This document shows positions 9,212 to 22,592 of a stretch of 64,000 nt of DNA, piece after piece (position 1 is the first letter of the stretch; every line of letters starts with the position of its first letter). The translations under genes were made by a program, and so were the position numbers. The stretch is from an uncultured Rivularia sp. (GTDB lineage Bacteria; Cyanobacteriota; Cyanobacteriia; Cyanobacteriales; Nostocaceae). The DNA is taken from the NCBI GenBank assembly GCA_963665115.1, contig OY762007.1, positions 64,001 through 128,000 on the forward strand. The letters are read 5' to 3'. The notes under the pieces are model-generated. The model did not search any database, was not told the origin of the DNA, and saw only the letters and a program-made list of their open reading frames with translations.

Positions 9212-12200
9212 ATGGTTAGCATTAAGGGATATCAAATCAACGAAGAACTCTACAATGGATCGAGAACCTTTGTACATCGTGCTATCCGAGAAAATGACCA
9301 AAAATCAGTTGTTATTAAAATACTAAAAAATTCATCACCGAGTTTCAATGAGCTTTTGCAATTTCGCAATCAGTATACAATTACTAAAAATCTTGATATT
9401 CCGGGAATAGTTCGTCCTTACAATATAGAGTCTTATCAAAATAGCTATGCTTTGATAATGGAAGATTTTGGTGGAGTTTCTTTGCATGAATATATACAGA
9501 ATTGCGATGACATATCTTTACAAAAATTGCTATCTATTATGGTGCAAATTAGCGATGTTCTTCACTATCTCCATCAAAATCGGGTGATTCATAAAGATAT
9601 TAAACCAGCTAATATATTAATTCATCCGCAAACACAAGAAGTTAAATTAATTGATTTTAGTATCGCTTCATTGCTACCTAAAGAAAGTCAAGAAATGAAG
9701 AATCCGAATAGTTTAGAAGGAACTCTTGCTTATATATCACCCGAACAAACTGGTAGAATGAATCGGGGAATTGATTACCGGGCTGATTTTTATGCCTTGG
9801 GTGTTACCTTTTATGAATTATTAACGGGAGAGTTACCTTTTCAATCGGATGATGCGATGGAATTGCTGCATTGTCATATTGCTAAAAGTCCTCCGAGGAT
9901 GCAAAAACCTCACCCTAATCCTCTCCTTGGTAATGATGAAAAACCTCACCCTAACCCTCTCCTTGGTAAGGAGAGGGAATTGGAGGAGATTCCGCAAGTT
10001 TTATCAGATATCGCGATCAAATTAATGGCGAAAAATGCTGAGGATAGATATCAAAGTGCTTTGGGATTAAAGCACGATTTAGAAAGTTGTTTATATCAAT
10101 TAAAAGATACTGGGAAAATAGAAAATTTTCAAATTGCCCAAAAAGATGTTAGTGAAATGTTTCTAATTCCGGAAAAACTTTATGGTAGAGAAACTGAAGT
10201 TCTACAACTGTTAGAATCATTTGATAGAGTATCGTATGGTGACAACGAATTAATCTTAGTGGCTGGTTTTTCTGGTATTGGGAAAACTGCGGTGGTTAAT
10301 GAAGTTCATAAACCCATTGTTAAACAGCGTGGTTATTTTATTAAAGGTAAATTTGACCAGTTTAATCGCAATATTCCTTTAGATGCTTTTGTGCAGGCAT
10401 TTAAAAATTTAATTGCACAATTAATCACGGAAAGCGATAGTCAATTATCAATTTGGAAGTCTCAGATATTAATAGCTTTAGGGGATAATGCAGGGGTAAT
10501 TATTAATGTTATTCCCGAATTAGAAAAAATTATTGGTAAGCAGCCTGCTGTTACAGAATTATCGGGTACTGCGGCTCAAAATAGATTTAATTCATTATTT
10601 CAAAAATTTATTCAAGTTTTTACCACCAAAGAACATCCTTTAGTTATTTTCTTAGATGATTTGCAGTGGGCTGATTCTGCATCTTTAAAATTGATGCAGT
10701 TGCTGATGAGTGATTCCGAGAATAAATATTTATTGTTAATTGGTGCATATCGCGATAATGAAGTTTTTCCGGCTCATCCTTTAATGTTGATTTTGGAGGA
10801 AATTCGGAAATCCGAAGCTGTCATTAACACGATTACTTTAGCACCGTTAAGCGAACAAAGTTTAAATCAACTGGTTGCCGATACTTTAAATTGTCTTTGC
10901 TTGAGGGCACAACCACTAACTCAACTGATATATCAAAAAACTCAAGGTAATCCATTTTTCAGCACGCAATTTTTAAAATCTCTGTATGAAGATGGTTTAA
11001 TTAAATTTAATTTTGAGGATTGTTTTTGGCAGTGTGACATTTCCGAGGTAACAGCTTTAGCGCTGACGGATGATGTGGTTGAATTTATGGCTTTGCAGCT
11101 AAAGAAATTGCCACAATCTAACCAGAATATATTGAAATTAGCAGCTTGTATCGGCAATCAGTTTGATTTAACAACTTTAGCAATTGTTTGCGAGCAATCA
11201 GAAGCTGACGCTGCTGTTGATTTATGGAAGGCTTTACAATTTGGATTGATTTTACCTCAAAGTGAGGTTTACAAATTTTATCTTGGGGAACAGCAAGTTA
11301 ATCGAGAACAAACTTCTCAAGTTGTTAACTACAAGTTTTTACATGACAGAGTTCAACAAGCTGCTTATTCTTTGATTCCCGATGACCAAAAACAAGCAAC
11401 CCATCTACAAATTGGGCAATTGTTGTTAGAGCAAACTTCCCAAAACGAGCGCGACGAAAAACTTTTTGATATCGTCAACCATCTTAATATTGGTAAATCT
11501 TTAATTACTCAAACATCCCAGCGCTCGGAATTAGCTCAGCTTAATTTGTCAGTTGGGCGTAAAGCCAAATCGGCTACAGCTTATAATGCGGCAATTGCTT
11601 ATTTCAATATTGGGATTGAATTCTTAGAAGAGAATTGCTGGGAATCGCAATATGCATTAACTCTTGCTTTACACGAAACAAAGGCAGAGGCTATTTACTT
11701 AAATGGGCAATTTGAACAATTAGATGCAGTTGTCAACGTAACGTTACAGTCAGCTAAAACTTTATTGGATAAAATCGCAATTTACGAAACACAAATTCAA
11801 GCCTGTATGGCACAAAACCAGCTTTCCGAAGCTATCAAAACTGCGCTCGATGTTTTGAAAAAGCTCGGCATCGATTTACCGCAGACTCCGAATATGGCAC
11901 AGGTTTTACTAGGATTGGGCAAAACAAAACTGATTCTCAGAGGTAAAAAAACCCAAGACTTGTTGAATCTGCCCACCATGACTAATCCAGAAAAATTAGC
12001 AGCGATGCGGATTCTCTCCAGTGCTTTATCTGCGGCGTTTATTGGTGCCCCGAAACTGTTACCACTGCTGGTGTTTGAGCAAGTCAACTTATCGGTGCGG
12101 TATGGCAATATCCCTCTATCTGCCTTTACTTATGCTTGGTATGGAACGATTTTATGTGGGGTTTTGGTGGATATTGATGCAGGCTATGAATTTGGGGACA

Positions 12201-14664
12201 GTTGGCTTTGCAAGTATTAGAACGTTTCCACGCCCAAAATCTGCGTTGCAAAACTGTGTTTATGGTGAATTCTTTTGTATTCCATTGGAAACAGCATCTT
12301 AAATCTACTTTATCTCGACTTCAGGAAGCCTATCAAAGTGGAGTTGAAAATGGTGATGTGGAGTATGGAGCTTGGTCAGCTTTGTTGCACGGTATACATC
12401 TATACTGGAATGGTAGCGAACTCAACGATTTAGAACAAACTCTCTGTGATTATGGTGAAGCTGTCAAGCAGTCGAAGCAAAATAATGCTTTAGTTTACAT
12501 CAATATTCATCGCCAGTGTGCATTAAATTTAATGGGGCAAACCCCCAACCCCAGCCTGCTTAACGGTGCTTACTATAGTGAAACCGAGAATATTCCCATA
12601 CAAATAAAAGCAGGCGATCGCACTGGAATTTTCTTCTATTATGTGAATCAACTGCACCTACGTTATTTATTTGGTGAGTTTGAAACTGCTCTAGAAGTAG
12701 TTAATCGTTTTAAAGAATATGAAGAAGCAGGAATGGCACTCATTCCAAATATACCGCTTTACCTGTACGATTCTTTAGCGCGGCTTGCAGTATATTCTAC
12801 AGCAACTAAAGCTGAGCGGTTGCGTCTGTTGCGTCAAGTTACCAAAAACCAGAAAAAACTGAAAAAGTGGGCAGATTTTGCCCCGATGAATTCGCTGCAT
12901 AAATGGAATTTGGTGGAAGCTGAACGTTATCGGGTTTTAGGTAAATATACAGAAGCAATTGCTTGTTACGATTCTGCGATTGCAGGAGCCAAAGAAAATA
13001 ATTATCTTCAAGAAGAAGCTCTAGCAAACGAACTCGCAGCTAAATTCTACCTCAACTGGAATAAAGAAAAAGTAGCTGCGGCATATATGCAAGGATCTTA
13101 TTATTGTTATTCTTGTTGGGGAGGCAAAGCTAAAACTGACGATTTAGAAAAACATTATCCTAATTTACTCCGTCCAATTTTACAGCAAGCTACACAAGTT
13201 ATAAATCCCTTAGAAACCTTTGCCACAATTGGCGCACCGACTTTCTCAATTCATAGTGATACAACAACCAAAAATTCTTCTTCTAATACCAGCATTAACG
13301 CTGTTTTGGACTTTGCTGCTATTATCAAAGCTTCCCAAACCCTTTCGAGTACCATCGAAATTTCCGAATTACTGCGACAACTTACCCAAATTATTCTACA
13401 AAATTCCGGTGGGGATTCTTGCGCTTTAATTCTACCAAATGCAGATGAAGTATGGTGTGTTGAAGCGATTGCGACACCCGAAACGATAGAACTTTGTTCC
13501 GAATCCCTCGATGGTAATTTTAACCTACCCGTAAAATTGATTAATTATGTTAAAAATACCCAAGAATTAGCGGTAATCAACAATCTCAAAACCAATTTAC
13601 CCGTAATTGATGAATATCTTATTCAACAGCAACCCAAGAGTATTTTATGTTTACCTATTCTTACTCAAGGACATTTGGTGGGAATTCTGTATTTAAAAAA
13701 CAGCTTGGCAAGTGGAGTATTTTCCAAAAATCGCTTAGTTGTTCTTAATTTTCTTTGTACCCAAGCAGCGATTTCTTTAGAAAATGCTCGTCTTTATCAA
13801 CAAGCTCAAATATATACCCAGCAACTCGAAGAATCGCAGCTACAAGTGGTGCAAAATGAAAAAATGGCAACTTTGGGTAACTTAGTTGCAGGGATAGCGC
13901 ACGAAGTTAATAATCCGGTTGGATTTCTTGTAGGTAGTATCAGCAATGCCAAAGAATATCTTCAAGATTTATTCAGACATTTAGAACTTTATCAAAAACA
14001 ATATCCTCAATTTGCCGCAGAAATTCAAGAAAATGCCGAAGAAATTGATTTAGAATTTTTGCTCGAAGATTTACCCAAATTACTCGATGCAATGACAGGA
14101 GCAACTGACAGAATTGCATCGATTAGTAACAGTCTCCGCACTTTCTCCCGTGCCGATACAGAACACAAAGTTAGTGCAAGTATTCATGATGGAATTGATA
14201 GCACTCTACTAATTCTTAAATACCGTCTCAAAGCCAATAACAATCGTCCTGGGATTATTATTAATCAAGAATATGGCGAAATACCCCAAATAGAATGCTT
14301 TCCCGGTCAATTAAACCAAGTATTCATGAATATTTTCGCAAATGCCATCGATCTGTTTGATGAAATGGCACAAACTCAAACATACAAAGAATTAGAAGCA
14401 AGTCCCCAACAAATTAATATTCGTACCGAAATCATTGCTAATCAAGCTTGTATTTACATCCGCGATAACGGAAAAGGAATGAGCCAAGAAATTAGTCAGA
14501 ACATCTTTAAACATTTATTTACTACCAAAGCTGTAGGAAAAGGTACCGGATTGGGATTGGCTATAGCTAAACAAATAGTTGTAGAAAAACATAACGGAAC
14601 AATTGAAGTTAATTCTGCCGTAGGAGAAGGTACAGAATTTATGATTAGTATTCCAATGCAATAG
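9212..14664 (+). CDS. HstK-type Ser/Thr kinase-AAA ATPase-GAF-histidine kinase (frameshift near 12195)
   Basis: HKDIKPAN, GFSGIGKT, FLDDLQWAD, GAF, IAHEVNNP, GKGTGLGL; the two ORFs join as GYEFG-QLALQVLE across a G-run. Confidence 0.93.
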
Positions 14665-14667
14665 TGA

Positions 14668-14818
14668 ATTGGGGATAGTTAGGAGTATTGAGTAGGGAGT
14701 AGAGAGTAGCAAGTAAATCACTTTTTTATTATTTTCATAAATATCGGTACTTCTGCCCGTCTATTTTTACTCGCTACTTGTTACTCACTACTCACTACTC
14801 ACTACTTTAATAATGTCT
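14668..14818. repeat. dispersed element: heptamer arms enclosing a unique ~60-bp core (copy 1)
   Basis: inverted near-copy at 17905-18089. Confidence 0.85.
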
Positions 14819-15031
14819 CCTTGTCTCCCCCTCTACCCACTCTTCCCCCTCACTCAACACTGGTAATACCTTAGCTGCTGGAACATTCGGAATCGACTTC
14901 ATACCCAAACTTTAAGATAAATGAAGCCAATACATCTATGCGAAAACACTAATTCCCCATTAGAATCTAGCAAAGTCGGGTTATAAACAAAACAACCCGA
15001 AACCAAACACCACTAACTTACCTTCTGCACT

Positions 15032-16244
15032 GTGAAATTGAAATTAAGCCGTTTGATTCCATTTCTTGATGAAACTGTATCTAGTTGGGCATTAGAAGCC
15101 CGTTTGTTACGCTGGTTAACCTTGATTTGGCTGTTTGTAGGTTTAGCCGTATTGTTTTCGGCTTCTTATCCAGTTGCTGACGTTAAACATGGTGATGGGC
15201 TTTTGTTTTTCAAACGTCAACTGATAACTGTATTCTTGGGCTTGATTCTCTTCAATATTATTGTCAATTTACCCTTTCATAAAATAATCGGGGTATCCCA
15301 TTGGCTGCTAATGCTGTTTTTGGGATTGATTATTCTCACCTTAATTCCGGGTTTAGGAACTAGAGGGGTTTACGGTACAAGTCGCTGGTTATCTATTGCA
15401 GGATTCCCGATTCAACCTTCGGAATTTATCAAACCTTTTTTAGTGTTGCAAAGTGCGCGAGTTTTTGGAAATTGGGACAGACTTAGTTGGGGAATTCGCA
15501 TTGCTTGGTTGGTGGTTTTTGGTTTTGTGCTGTTAGGAATTCTGGCGCAACCTAACTTAAGTACCACAGCACTTTGCGGAATGACTGTCTGGTTAATTGC
15601 TATGGCTAGTGGTTTGCCTTACAAATATTTAGGAGGTAGCGCTGGTGCAGGAGTTGTATTAGCGCTGATGAGCGTTACCGTTAATAAATACCAACGTTCC
15701 CGTATCACCTCTTTTTTCAATCCTTGGGACGATCCTCAAGGTACAGATTACCAGTTAATTCAAAGTTTACTAGCAGTAGGTTCGGGTAATACTTGGGGTT
15801 TCCGGATTTGGGCTTTCTCAACAAAAGCTTTCTTGGCTACCAATTGCAGATAGCGACTTTATTTTTGCAGTATTTGCTGAAGAATTTGGCTTTGTTGGCA
15901 GCGTCACGCTATTAGTAATGTTAGCTGTATTCGCAACTTTGGGATTAATTGTAGCTTTCAAAGCAAAAAGTGTTATATACAGGTTATCGGCAATTGGGAT
16001 TACCACCTTACTTACAGGACAATCATTTATAAATATTGGTGTTGCCAGTGGAGTTTTACCAACCACAGGTTTACCTTTACCATTTTTTAGTTACGGCGGA
16101 AGTTCGATAATTGCCACATTGATTGCAACAGGATTATTAATTAGAGTTGCACGGGAAAGTAACGAAGCCGACGTGCTTCCATTACGAAGACAACCAATAA
16201 AACCCAAACGCGAACGACGGTTTTTACATAGGAATAAATTTTAA
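15032..16244 (+). CDS. ftsW: SEDS protein FtsW (+1 frameshift near 15800)
   Basis: QPSEFIK, QPNLST, YQLIQSLLAVGSG, DFIFAVFAEEFG, GLPLPFFSYGGSS. Confidence 0.9.
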
Positions 16245-16524
16245 TTTACTACTATTTATTCGATATAGCATTTCCCAGTCTATCAAGGTATATCTCAAAA
16301 CCTCACCCCCAACCCCTCTCCTAATATGCAAAGAGGCTATGCATTAGGTAATCGCTGTACCTCAGTTGCCAGGGCAAACGCTATAGCAAGCAAACATATA
16401 TTAAATTTGCTTGAATTATTTCTGAAAAGGTTAGTAAGGTGAACTGTAAGTAGACTAGAGATAAAAATCAGTTTACCAACCGTTTTTATATAGCCCGCAT
16501 CAGCGGGCTTTATTTATGAGTAAT

Positions 16525-16872
16525 AGATAATTGGGGATTGGGGATTGGGCATTGGGCATAGGGAATTGGTAATTGATAATTGGGGATGGGGGATGGGGCA
16601 TTGGGCATAGGGAATTGATAATTGATAATTGGTAATTGATAATTGATAATTGGTAAAGTAATTACAGTTATTACCACGTAAGGAAGCAATGCCATAGCCT
16701 GGAAAGTTGTAGCGAGTGTATAAATTCTGATTTTATTCAAAATCCTAAAATCATTACCAGGTAAAAGTTTTGAAATGTATAAGAAGACTAATTAATTTGT
16801 AAAAAACAAACCTCTATTACCAATTACCAATTACCAATTACCAATTACCAATTACCAATTACCAATTACCTA
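16525..16872. repeat. inverted STRR tracts (ATTGGGG/ATTGATA ... TACCAAT) flanking a unique core
   Basis: read directly. Confidence 0.85.
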
Positions 16873-16880
16873 ATTCTAAT

Positions 16881-17885
16881 ATGTCAATTAATTTGAATCG
16901 TCGTAAATTCCTGGGATACAGTACCGCAGTCTTTAGCGGTATACTATTAAAAGCTTGTAGCAACAACCAAACCTCAACACCCACAGCTACTAGTGGTGAA
17001 GACGCTTTCAAAATTGCGATCGCGCTTCCGGGAGCGATTACCGATAAGACTTGGAATCAGTCTGGTTATGAAGGCGTGCAGTTAGCAAGACAGCAACTCG
17101 GTGCGGAAACTGCTTTTTTAGAACAAATTCCTCAAGCCGAACAAACAGAAGTTTTAACAGATTTTGCTCGTAAGAAATATAATCTTATATTTGCCCACGG
17201 TGGACAATTTGATGCTGCAATTCAACAAATAGCACCCCAATTTCCCGATACATTTTTTATCGCTGTTAACGGTGCAGTTAAAGGAGATAATATTGCTGCT
17301 TTACGGATAAATCACCAGCAAGCTAGCTATTTGTGTGGAATTGTTGCCGCTTCGATGACAAAATCTAATCAAATAGCTTACATTGCCGGACAAAAATTTG
17401 CTGCCACTGAAGAAGAATTACTTGGTTTAGAATTAGGAGCAAAATCGGTAAATCCTAAAATAAAAGTAACTTCTACTTTCACAGGAGATTGGAATGATGC
17501 TTCCAAAGCCAAAGAAGCGACATTAGCTTTAATTTCTACTGGTGCCGATGTTATTTATCAATGGTTGGATAATGCATCACCTGCGGTATTACAAACAGCC
17601 GCAGAAAAAAATGTTTATGCTTTCGGAAATACAAAAGATCAATTAGAAATAGCACCAAAGGCAGTATTAACAAGTGCAGTTAAAAGAATGGATTTAGCAA
17701 TAGCTTATATATCAGAATTAGCTAAAAACAAACAATTAAAAGGCGATATTTATAAAATTGGTTTAGAAAACTCCGATATTCTTAGTTTGGGAAAATTTGG
17801 CGATATGGTGTCAGGAGATATTCAGAAAAAAGCAATGGATGCAAAGCAGGGAATTGTTGAAGATAAAATTAAAATTGGTAGTTAG
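16881..17885 (+). CDS. BMP-family ABC transporter substrate-binding lipoprotein (nucleoside/purine type)
   Basis: Tat motif RRKFL, lipobox LKAC, DKTWNQSGYEG, FAHG, TGDWND. Confidence 0.92.
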   Translation: MSINLNRRKFLGYSTAVFSGILLKACSNNQTSTPTATSGEDAFKIAIALPGAITDKTWNQSGYEGVQLARQQLGAETAFLEQIPQAEQTEVLTDFARKKYNLIFAHGGQFDAAIQQIAPQFPDTFFIAVNGAVKGDNIAALRINHQQASYLCGIVAASMTKSNQIAYIAGQKFAATEEELLGLELGAKSVNPKIKVTSTFTGDWNDASKAKEATLALISTGADVIYQWLDNASPAVLQTAAEKNVYAFGNTKDQLEIAPKAVLTSAVKRMDLAIAYISELAKNKQLKGDIYKIGLENSDILSLGKFGDMVSGDIQKKAMDAKQGIVEDKIKIGS

Positions 17886-17904
17886 GGGTAGAGGGGGGAG
17901 AGGG

Positions 17905-18089
17905 GACATTATTAAAGTAGTGAGTAGTGAGTAATGAGTAACAAGTAGTGAGTAATGAGTAGTGAGTAATGAGTAACAAGTCGCGAGTAAAAATAGACGG
18001 GCAGAAGTACCGACATTTATGACAATAATAAAAAAGTGATGTACTTGCTACTCTCTACTCCCTACTTAATACTCCTAACTATCCCCAAT
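17905..18089. repeat. dispersed element (copy 2, inverted relative to 14668-14818)
   Basis: shared core AAAATAGACGGGCAGAAGTACCGA...AAAAAAGTGA. Confidence 0.85.
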
Positions 18090-18141
18090 CCCCAATCCCC
18101 AATCCCCAATCCCCAATTACCAATTACCAATTCAAATTTGA

Positions 18142-19641
18142 ATGCCATTTTTACGCTTAGAAAATATTACAAAATCCTTTGGTTCCTTTGTTGCTAACGA
18201 TAATATCGGCTTTGAAATAGGGGCTGGTAAAATTCACGCGATTTTGGGAGAAAATGGTGCTGGTAAAACTACTTTGATGAATATTATTAGCGGTCTTTAT
18301 CAACCAGATAAGGGCAAAATTTATTTAAAAGACAAACCTGTAAATATTACATCTGCGAATGCAGCAATTAAACTCGGTATTGGCATGATTCATCAACATT
18401 TTATGCTAGTACCGCAGTTAAGTGTCACAGAAAATATTATTCTCGGAATTGATAGAAATTGGTCGTTAAATCTTAAACAAAAACAACAAAAAATAGCTGA
18501 TTTATCTAACTCTTACGGATTAGAAATTAACCCCGAAACAAAAGTTGGAGATTTACCAGTAGGAACTCAACAACGAGTCGAAATTCTCAAAGTTCTTTAC
18601 CGTCAAGCTAAATTATTGATTCTTGATGAACCAACGGCTGTTTTAACTCCATTGGAAGTAAAATCTTTAATTAAAATTCTCCGCAAACTCGCTGCTGCTG
18701 GTAATACAATTATTTTTATCAGTCATAAGCTAGAAGAAGTAATCAACCTTTGCGATACCGTGACAGTATTACGACGGGGAAAAGTAGTTGCGAATAAGAA
18801 CATTGCAGAAACTACTGCTTCCGAATTAGCAGCTTTAATGGTGGGAAGAGAAGTTACTTTTCAATTAAATAAATCTCCGGTAAATCCAGGAAAGGTGATT
18901 TTATCGGTAAATAATTTACAAGTAACAGACGATAGAGGTGTAACTGCTGTAAATAATATATCCTTTGAACTGCGAGAAAGAGAAATTTTAGGTATTGCTG
19001 GAGTAGATGGAAATGGACAGCGAGAATTAGCCGATGCTTTAGCACAAATCCGAAATATCAAAGCTGGGGAAATTACGTTTATTCAAAATTCAACTACAGG
19101 TTATATTCCCGAAGATAGGCAAAAAATGGGTTTGATATTGCAGTTTAATATTGCTCAAAACTTGATTTTAAAAGCTTTTAAAAAATTACCCTTTTGTCGT
19201 CACTTCTTATTTAAACCCCAAGTAATTAATCACAATGCAACTTCTGCAATCGAAGAATTTGATATTCGAGGAGCGGGAGTTAACGTAAAAGCAAATCAGC
19301 TTTCAGGAGGAAATCAACAAAAGATTGTTTTAGCAAGGGAATTAGCAGGAAATCCGGTATTAATCGTAGCTATGCAGCCCACTCGCGGATTAGATGTAGG
19401 AGCTACCGAAACAGTACAGCAACGATTGTTAAAGGAAAGGGAACGAGGAGCCGCGATTGTATATATTTCTACCGAGTTAGAAGAAGTGATGGCAATTAGC
19501 GATCGCCTTGCGGTGATGTATCGAGGTGAATTTGTTGGTGTATTGGATGCCCAGACAGCGACGGTTGAGGAAGTTGGTTTGTTGATGGGAGGAGGGGGGA
19601 GAGATGGGGTGATGGAGGGACAAGGGGACAACCCCCCATAA
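18142..19641 (+). CDS. ABC transporter ATP-binding protein (tandem NBD, CUT2/Nup type)
   Basis: GENGAGKT, LDEPT, LSGGNQQK, QPTRGLDVGA. Confidence 0.95.
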   Translation: MPFLRLENITKSFGSFVANDNIGFEIGAGKIHAILGENGAGKTTLMNIISGLYQPDKGKIYLKDKPVNITSANAAIKLGIGMIHQHFMLVPQLSVTENIILGIDRNWSLNLKQKQQKIADLSNSYGLEINPETKVGDLPVGTQQRVEILKVLYRQAKLLILDEPTAVLTPLEVKSLIKILRKLAAAGNTIIFISHKLEEVINLCDTVTVLRRGKVVANKNIAETTASELAALMVGREVTFQLNKSPVNPGKVILSVNNLQVTDDRGVTAVNNISFELREREILGIAGVDGNGQRELADALAQIRNIKAGEITFIQNSTTGYIPEDRQKMGLILQFNIAQNLILKAFKKLPFCRHFLFKPQVINHNATSAIEEFDIRGAGVNVKANQLSGGNQQKIVLARELAGNPVLIVAMQPTRGLDVGATETVQQRLLKERERGAAIVYISTELEEVMAISDRLAVMYRGEFVGVLDAQTATVEEVGLLMGGGGRDGVMEGQGDNPP

Positions 19642-19765
19642 AAAGCAGTTTTATTACCAAAGCCCTTCGGGCTTAAGTAAGAAGCAAGAAGTAAAAAGTA
19701 ATAAATATTGCCCGAAGTATGGTATCAAGCCTCGTCTTTTAAAGACGAATAAAAACCTGCATTCA

Positions 19766-22319
19766 TTACTTGAATCCTCTACCATGAGCGGGAGAGGTGT
19801 TACTTATTACTTTTGGCTCTCTAATTATTACTTGTGAAGTATTGGCTCCGCTGCACTCAGATATTTGTTTTGTTGCCAAAGGTGTATTTTCAAGAGCAAC
19901 CAGTTCAATTTCTCCTTTTGAATTTCGAGCAAAACCAGTAGCTTCTACAATTGCTGATTTCTTCGGTATTTGCATAATTTCAACAGTATTATTATTTCTT
20001 TTACGATATGCAGATAAATCGCGAATATCCGACCAAGTTTGTTTTTCATTTATATTTACATTGGGGTTTCTGCGGTACTCCACCCCTTCCGGTTGCCACA
20101 AAAGTACTGCCGGAATTACTAGAACATCCAGAAGAAATTTCTTGAGATGAATCAGAAAGAGCTACGGGTAATTCCACTAAACCAGAACTAGGATCAATAC
20201 TAATATTATTAATTTGGACCGTACCGTTGACACCAAATTTGGAACTTGCGGTAATGTCACTTTCTGGAGTGAGTTCTTCGCGAAATTCTAAACCGAAAAT
20301 ACCTTGAGTCGTAATGTTTATATTACCACCCATACCTTCAACTGCATTGGCGACAATATCGCTGTTTTCAAAACCGGCAATTACAGGAGAATTGATGGTT
20401 ATATTACCACCATCACCTACAACACCTTTAGCTTCTGTATTAATAGCACCTCCACGACGTAGGCTTAAAAAATCTGCTGCATTAATATCAATATTTCCAC
20501 CTTCTCCAGATTGTGTTGAAGCAGACAAACGTCCATTTCGATCTAAGGAAATCAAATCCGCATTCACATATAATGTACCTGCATTACCTACACTTTGGTG
20601 ACTAACCGTAAGCTCTGCTCCATCGGTAATTGACAATTTGGGTGTATTAATAATAATACTACCTGCATTTCCTGTAACTTCATCAGGTACTCCAAACCTT
20701 CGACGGAGGGGTGGTGGTAATAATGTACCTCTAGTATTGATAGTGCTAGGTTCAGTACGACCACTTCTAACACGACTACCGCTTAACAAAATACTATTCG
20801 ATGCATTAACCATAATTTCGCTACTATTTCCAGCACCAAAAGTTGATGAAGCAATAAATGCTCCTCCCAAGAGAGATAAACGAGGAGTATTAATCTCAAT
20901 ATTGCCTGCATTTCCCATAGAAGAAACTACACTAGATGTGATAGTTGCATCATTATTATTGGATGGGAAAACGCTCAATTCAATTAATTCACTAGCATTA
21001 ATCAAAATATTACCAGTATTTCCATTTGCTCCGAAATTAATAGTTGTAATTGCACCACCACCATTCACAGAAAGGACTTCAGTATTAATAGTCAGGTCGC
21101 CACTATTTCCATTTCCGATAGAAGTTCTAGTCCCAAGAGTACCAATAATACTATCGGATTTACTATCTATAAATTTGATAGTGGAAGCATCAACATTAAC
21201 CTTTCCTGAATCTCCAAAAGAAAAAGTACGAGCTTGTAAGCTTCCTCCTTCCATAAATTTCATTTCGGTAGTATTAACATTAATATCACCACCTTTACCC
21301 GTACTGCTAACATCAGCATAAATCCCACTTCTAAGTGTTGTGTTGGGAGCAGTTCCCATCAAGTCAATAGAATTTGTAATGTTAAGGTTGATAGAACCAG
21401 CTTGTTGATTACCCCGATTTTCCAGCCATACTATAGAACCATTATCCAAAGTCAAATTTTCTCCCTGGATTTGTATTGTTCCCTGTCCCGTACCGCTAAC
21501 ATCTACTAAAGACTTTTGTAAAAGTTGAATATTTCCTGTTGGTTGAACTGTATCGTATGTTAAGGAAGGGCGATTATTAATCGTTTGCAACCCGATTTGA
21601 GATGGAGAGTCTTGATTCCCAACAGCACTTAATTCGACTTTACCGCTAGCAGTTGTTATTACACCTCCATCAAACTTTAAATTACCTCCTACTAATGCAA
21701 AAGTCTGGTTTGAAGGGACTTGCAAACCCACAATACTAGTGTCTTGATTAGTAATTTGTGTCCCCGCACCAAGAGTAAGCTGATGTCCGGTGTTGTTAAC
21801 TGTTATGTCTGCTGAACTTCGTCCCATCTGCAAACCAACAGGAACACTCACAGTTAACAAAGGCTCACTTTGAGGATTTATTGCGCTAAATTCAAACCCA
21901 TCCTCAAACAAAATACTTTCTGCGGTAGTTCCCAAAAATGAACCACCAATATCTAACCGTGCATTTTCACCAAACACAATTCCGGCAGGATTAATTAAAA
22001 ATAAATTCGCATTTCCGTTGGCTTTTATTAAGCCATCAAGATTAGAAATATTTCCACCTGTTACTCGGTTAATAATATTAACTACATCAGTAGAATTATT
22101 GAAAGTTGCGGAACCACCTGTAGGAATAGAAAACTCTTTAAAACTATGAAATAAATTATTACCTTTTTGAATACCGTTAATAATATTATATTTACTGTCA
22201 TCTAATTTTACTTTTGTATCAGTAGTTCCATCAGATGTTATCTGAGCAATTGCTGGTAAAACAATTCCCGAAGTTAGTAAACTACTTATCAATCCAAATA
22301 GAAGCTTAATCCCTTTCAT
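19766..22319 (-). CDS. filamentous haemagglutinin N-terminal (TPS) domain exoprotein (frameshift near 20070)
   Basis: signal peptide, NLFHSFKEFS, NPAGIVFG, beta-helix repeats, C-terminal GRGG.P.NP..TWSD.R..IVEATG motif in the next frame. Confidence 0.92.
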
Positions 22320-22524
22320 CTTGTAAAAATATTTGTGTGTTCTGGATTTATAGTTCCCATTATCTTCGTGATACTAACCCCAAGAAAAACGTATTATTGT
22401 GAATAGGGGAGCCTCAGCGAACTCTACCCCACGCGCTGGGAAATGTAATTCCCCGTCTAATAGCAAAAGTCCATTAAAATGGACTGAATAAAAACCATCA
22501 AATTTAATGCAACGCATTAATAGT

Positions 22525-22592
22525 ACTCCTTTATGATTTACCAGTCTGGGAGTTTTGATCGCGTTAAAAGCCGGACAATTTAACATTGGTGG
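22525..22592 (+). repeat. 68-bp copy of an internal segment of the ABC permease gene (25970-26037)
   Basis: 66/68 identity by eye. Confidence 0.9.

Noticed and set aside
16655..16815. riboswitch or NtcA box upstream of the BMP gene
   Set aside because: no purine/guanidine aptamer consensus and no exact GTA-N8-TAC recognised
20638..21321. 227-aa ORF antisense to the haemagglutinin gene (and other antisense ORFs in the track)
   Set aside because: shadow ORFs of biased coding sequence
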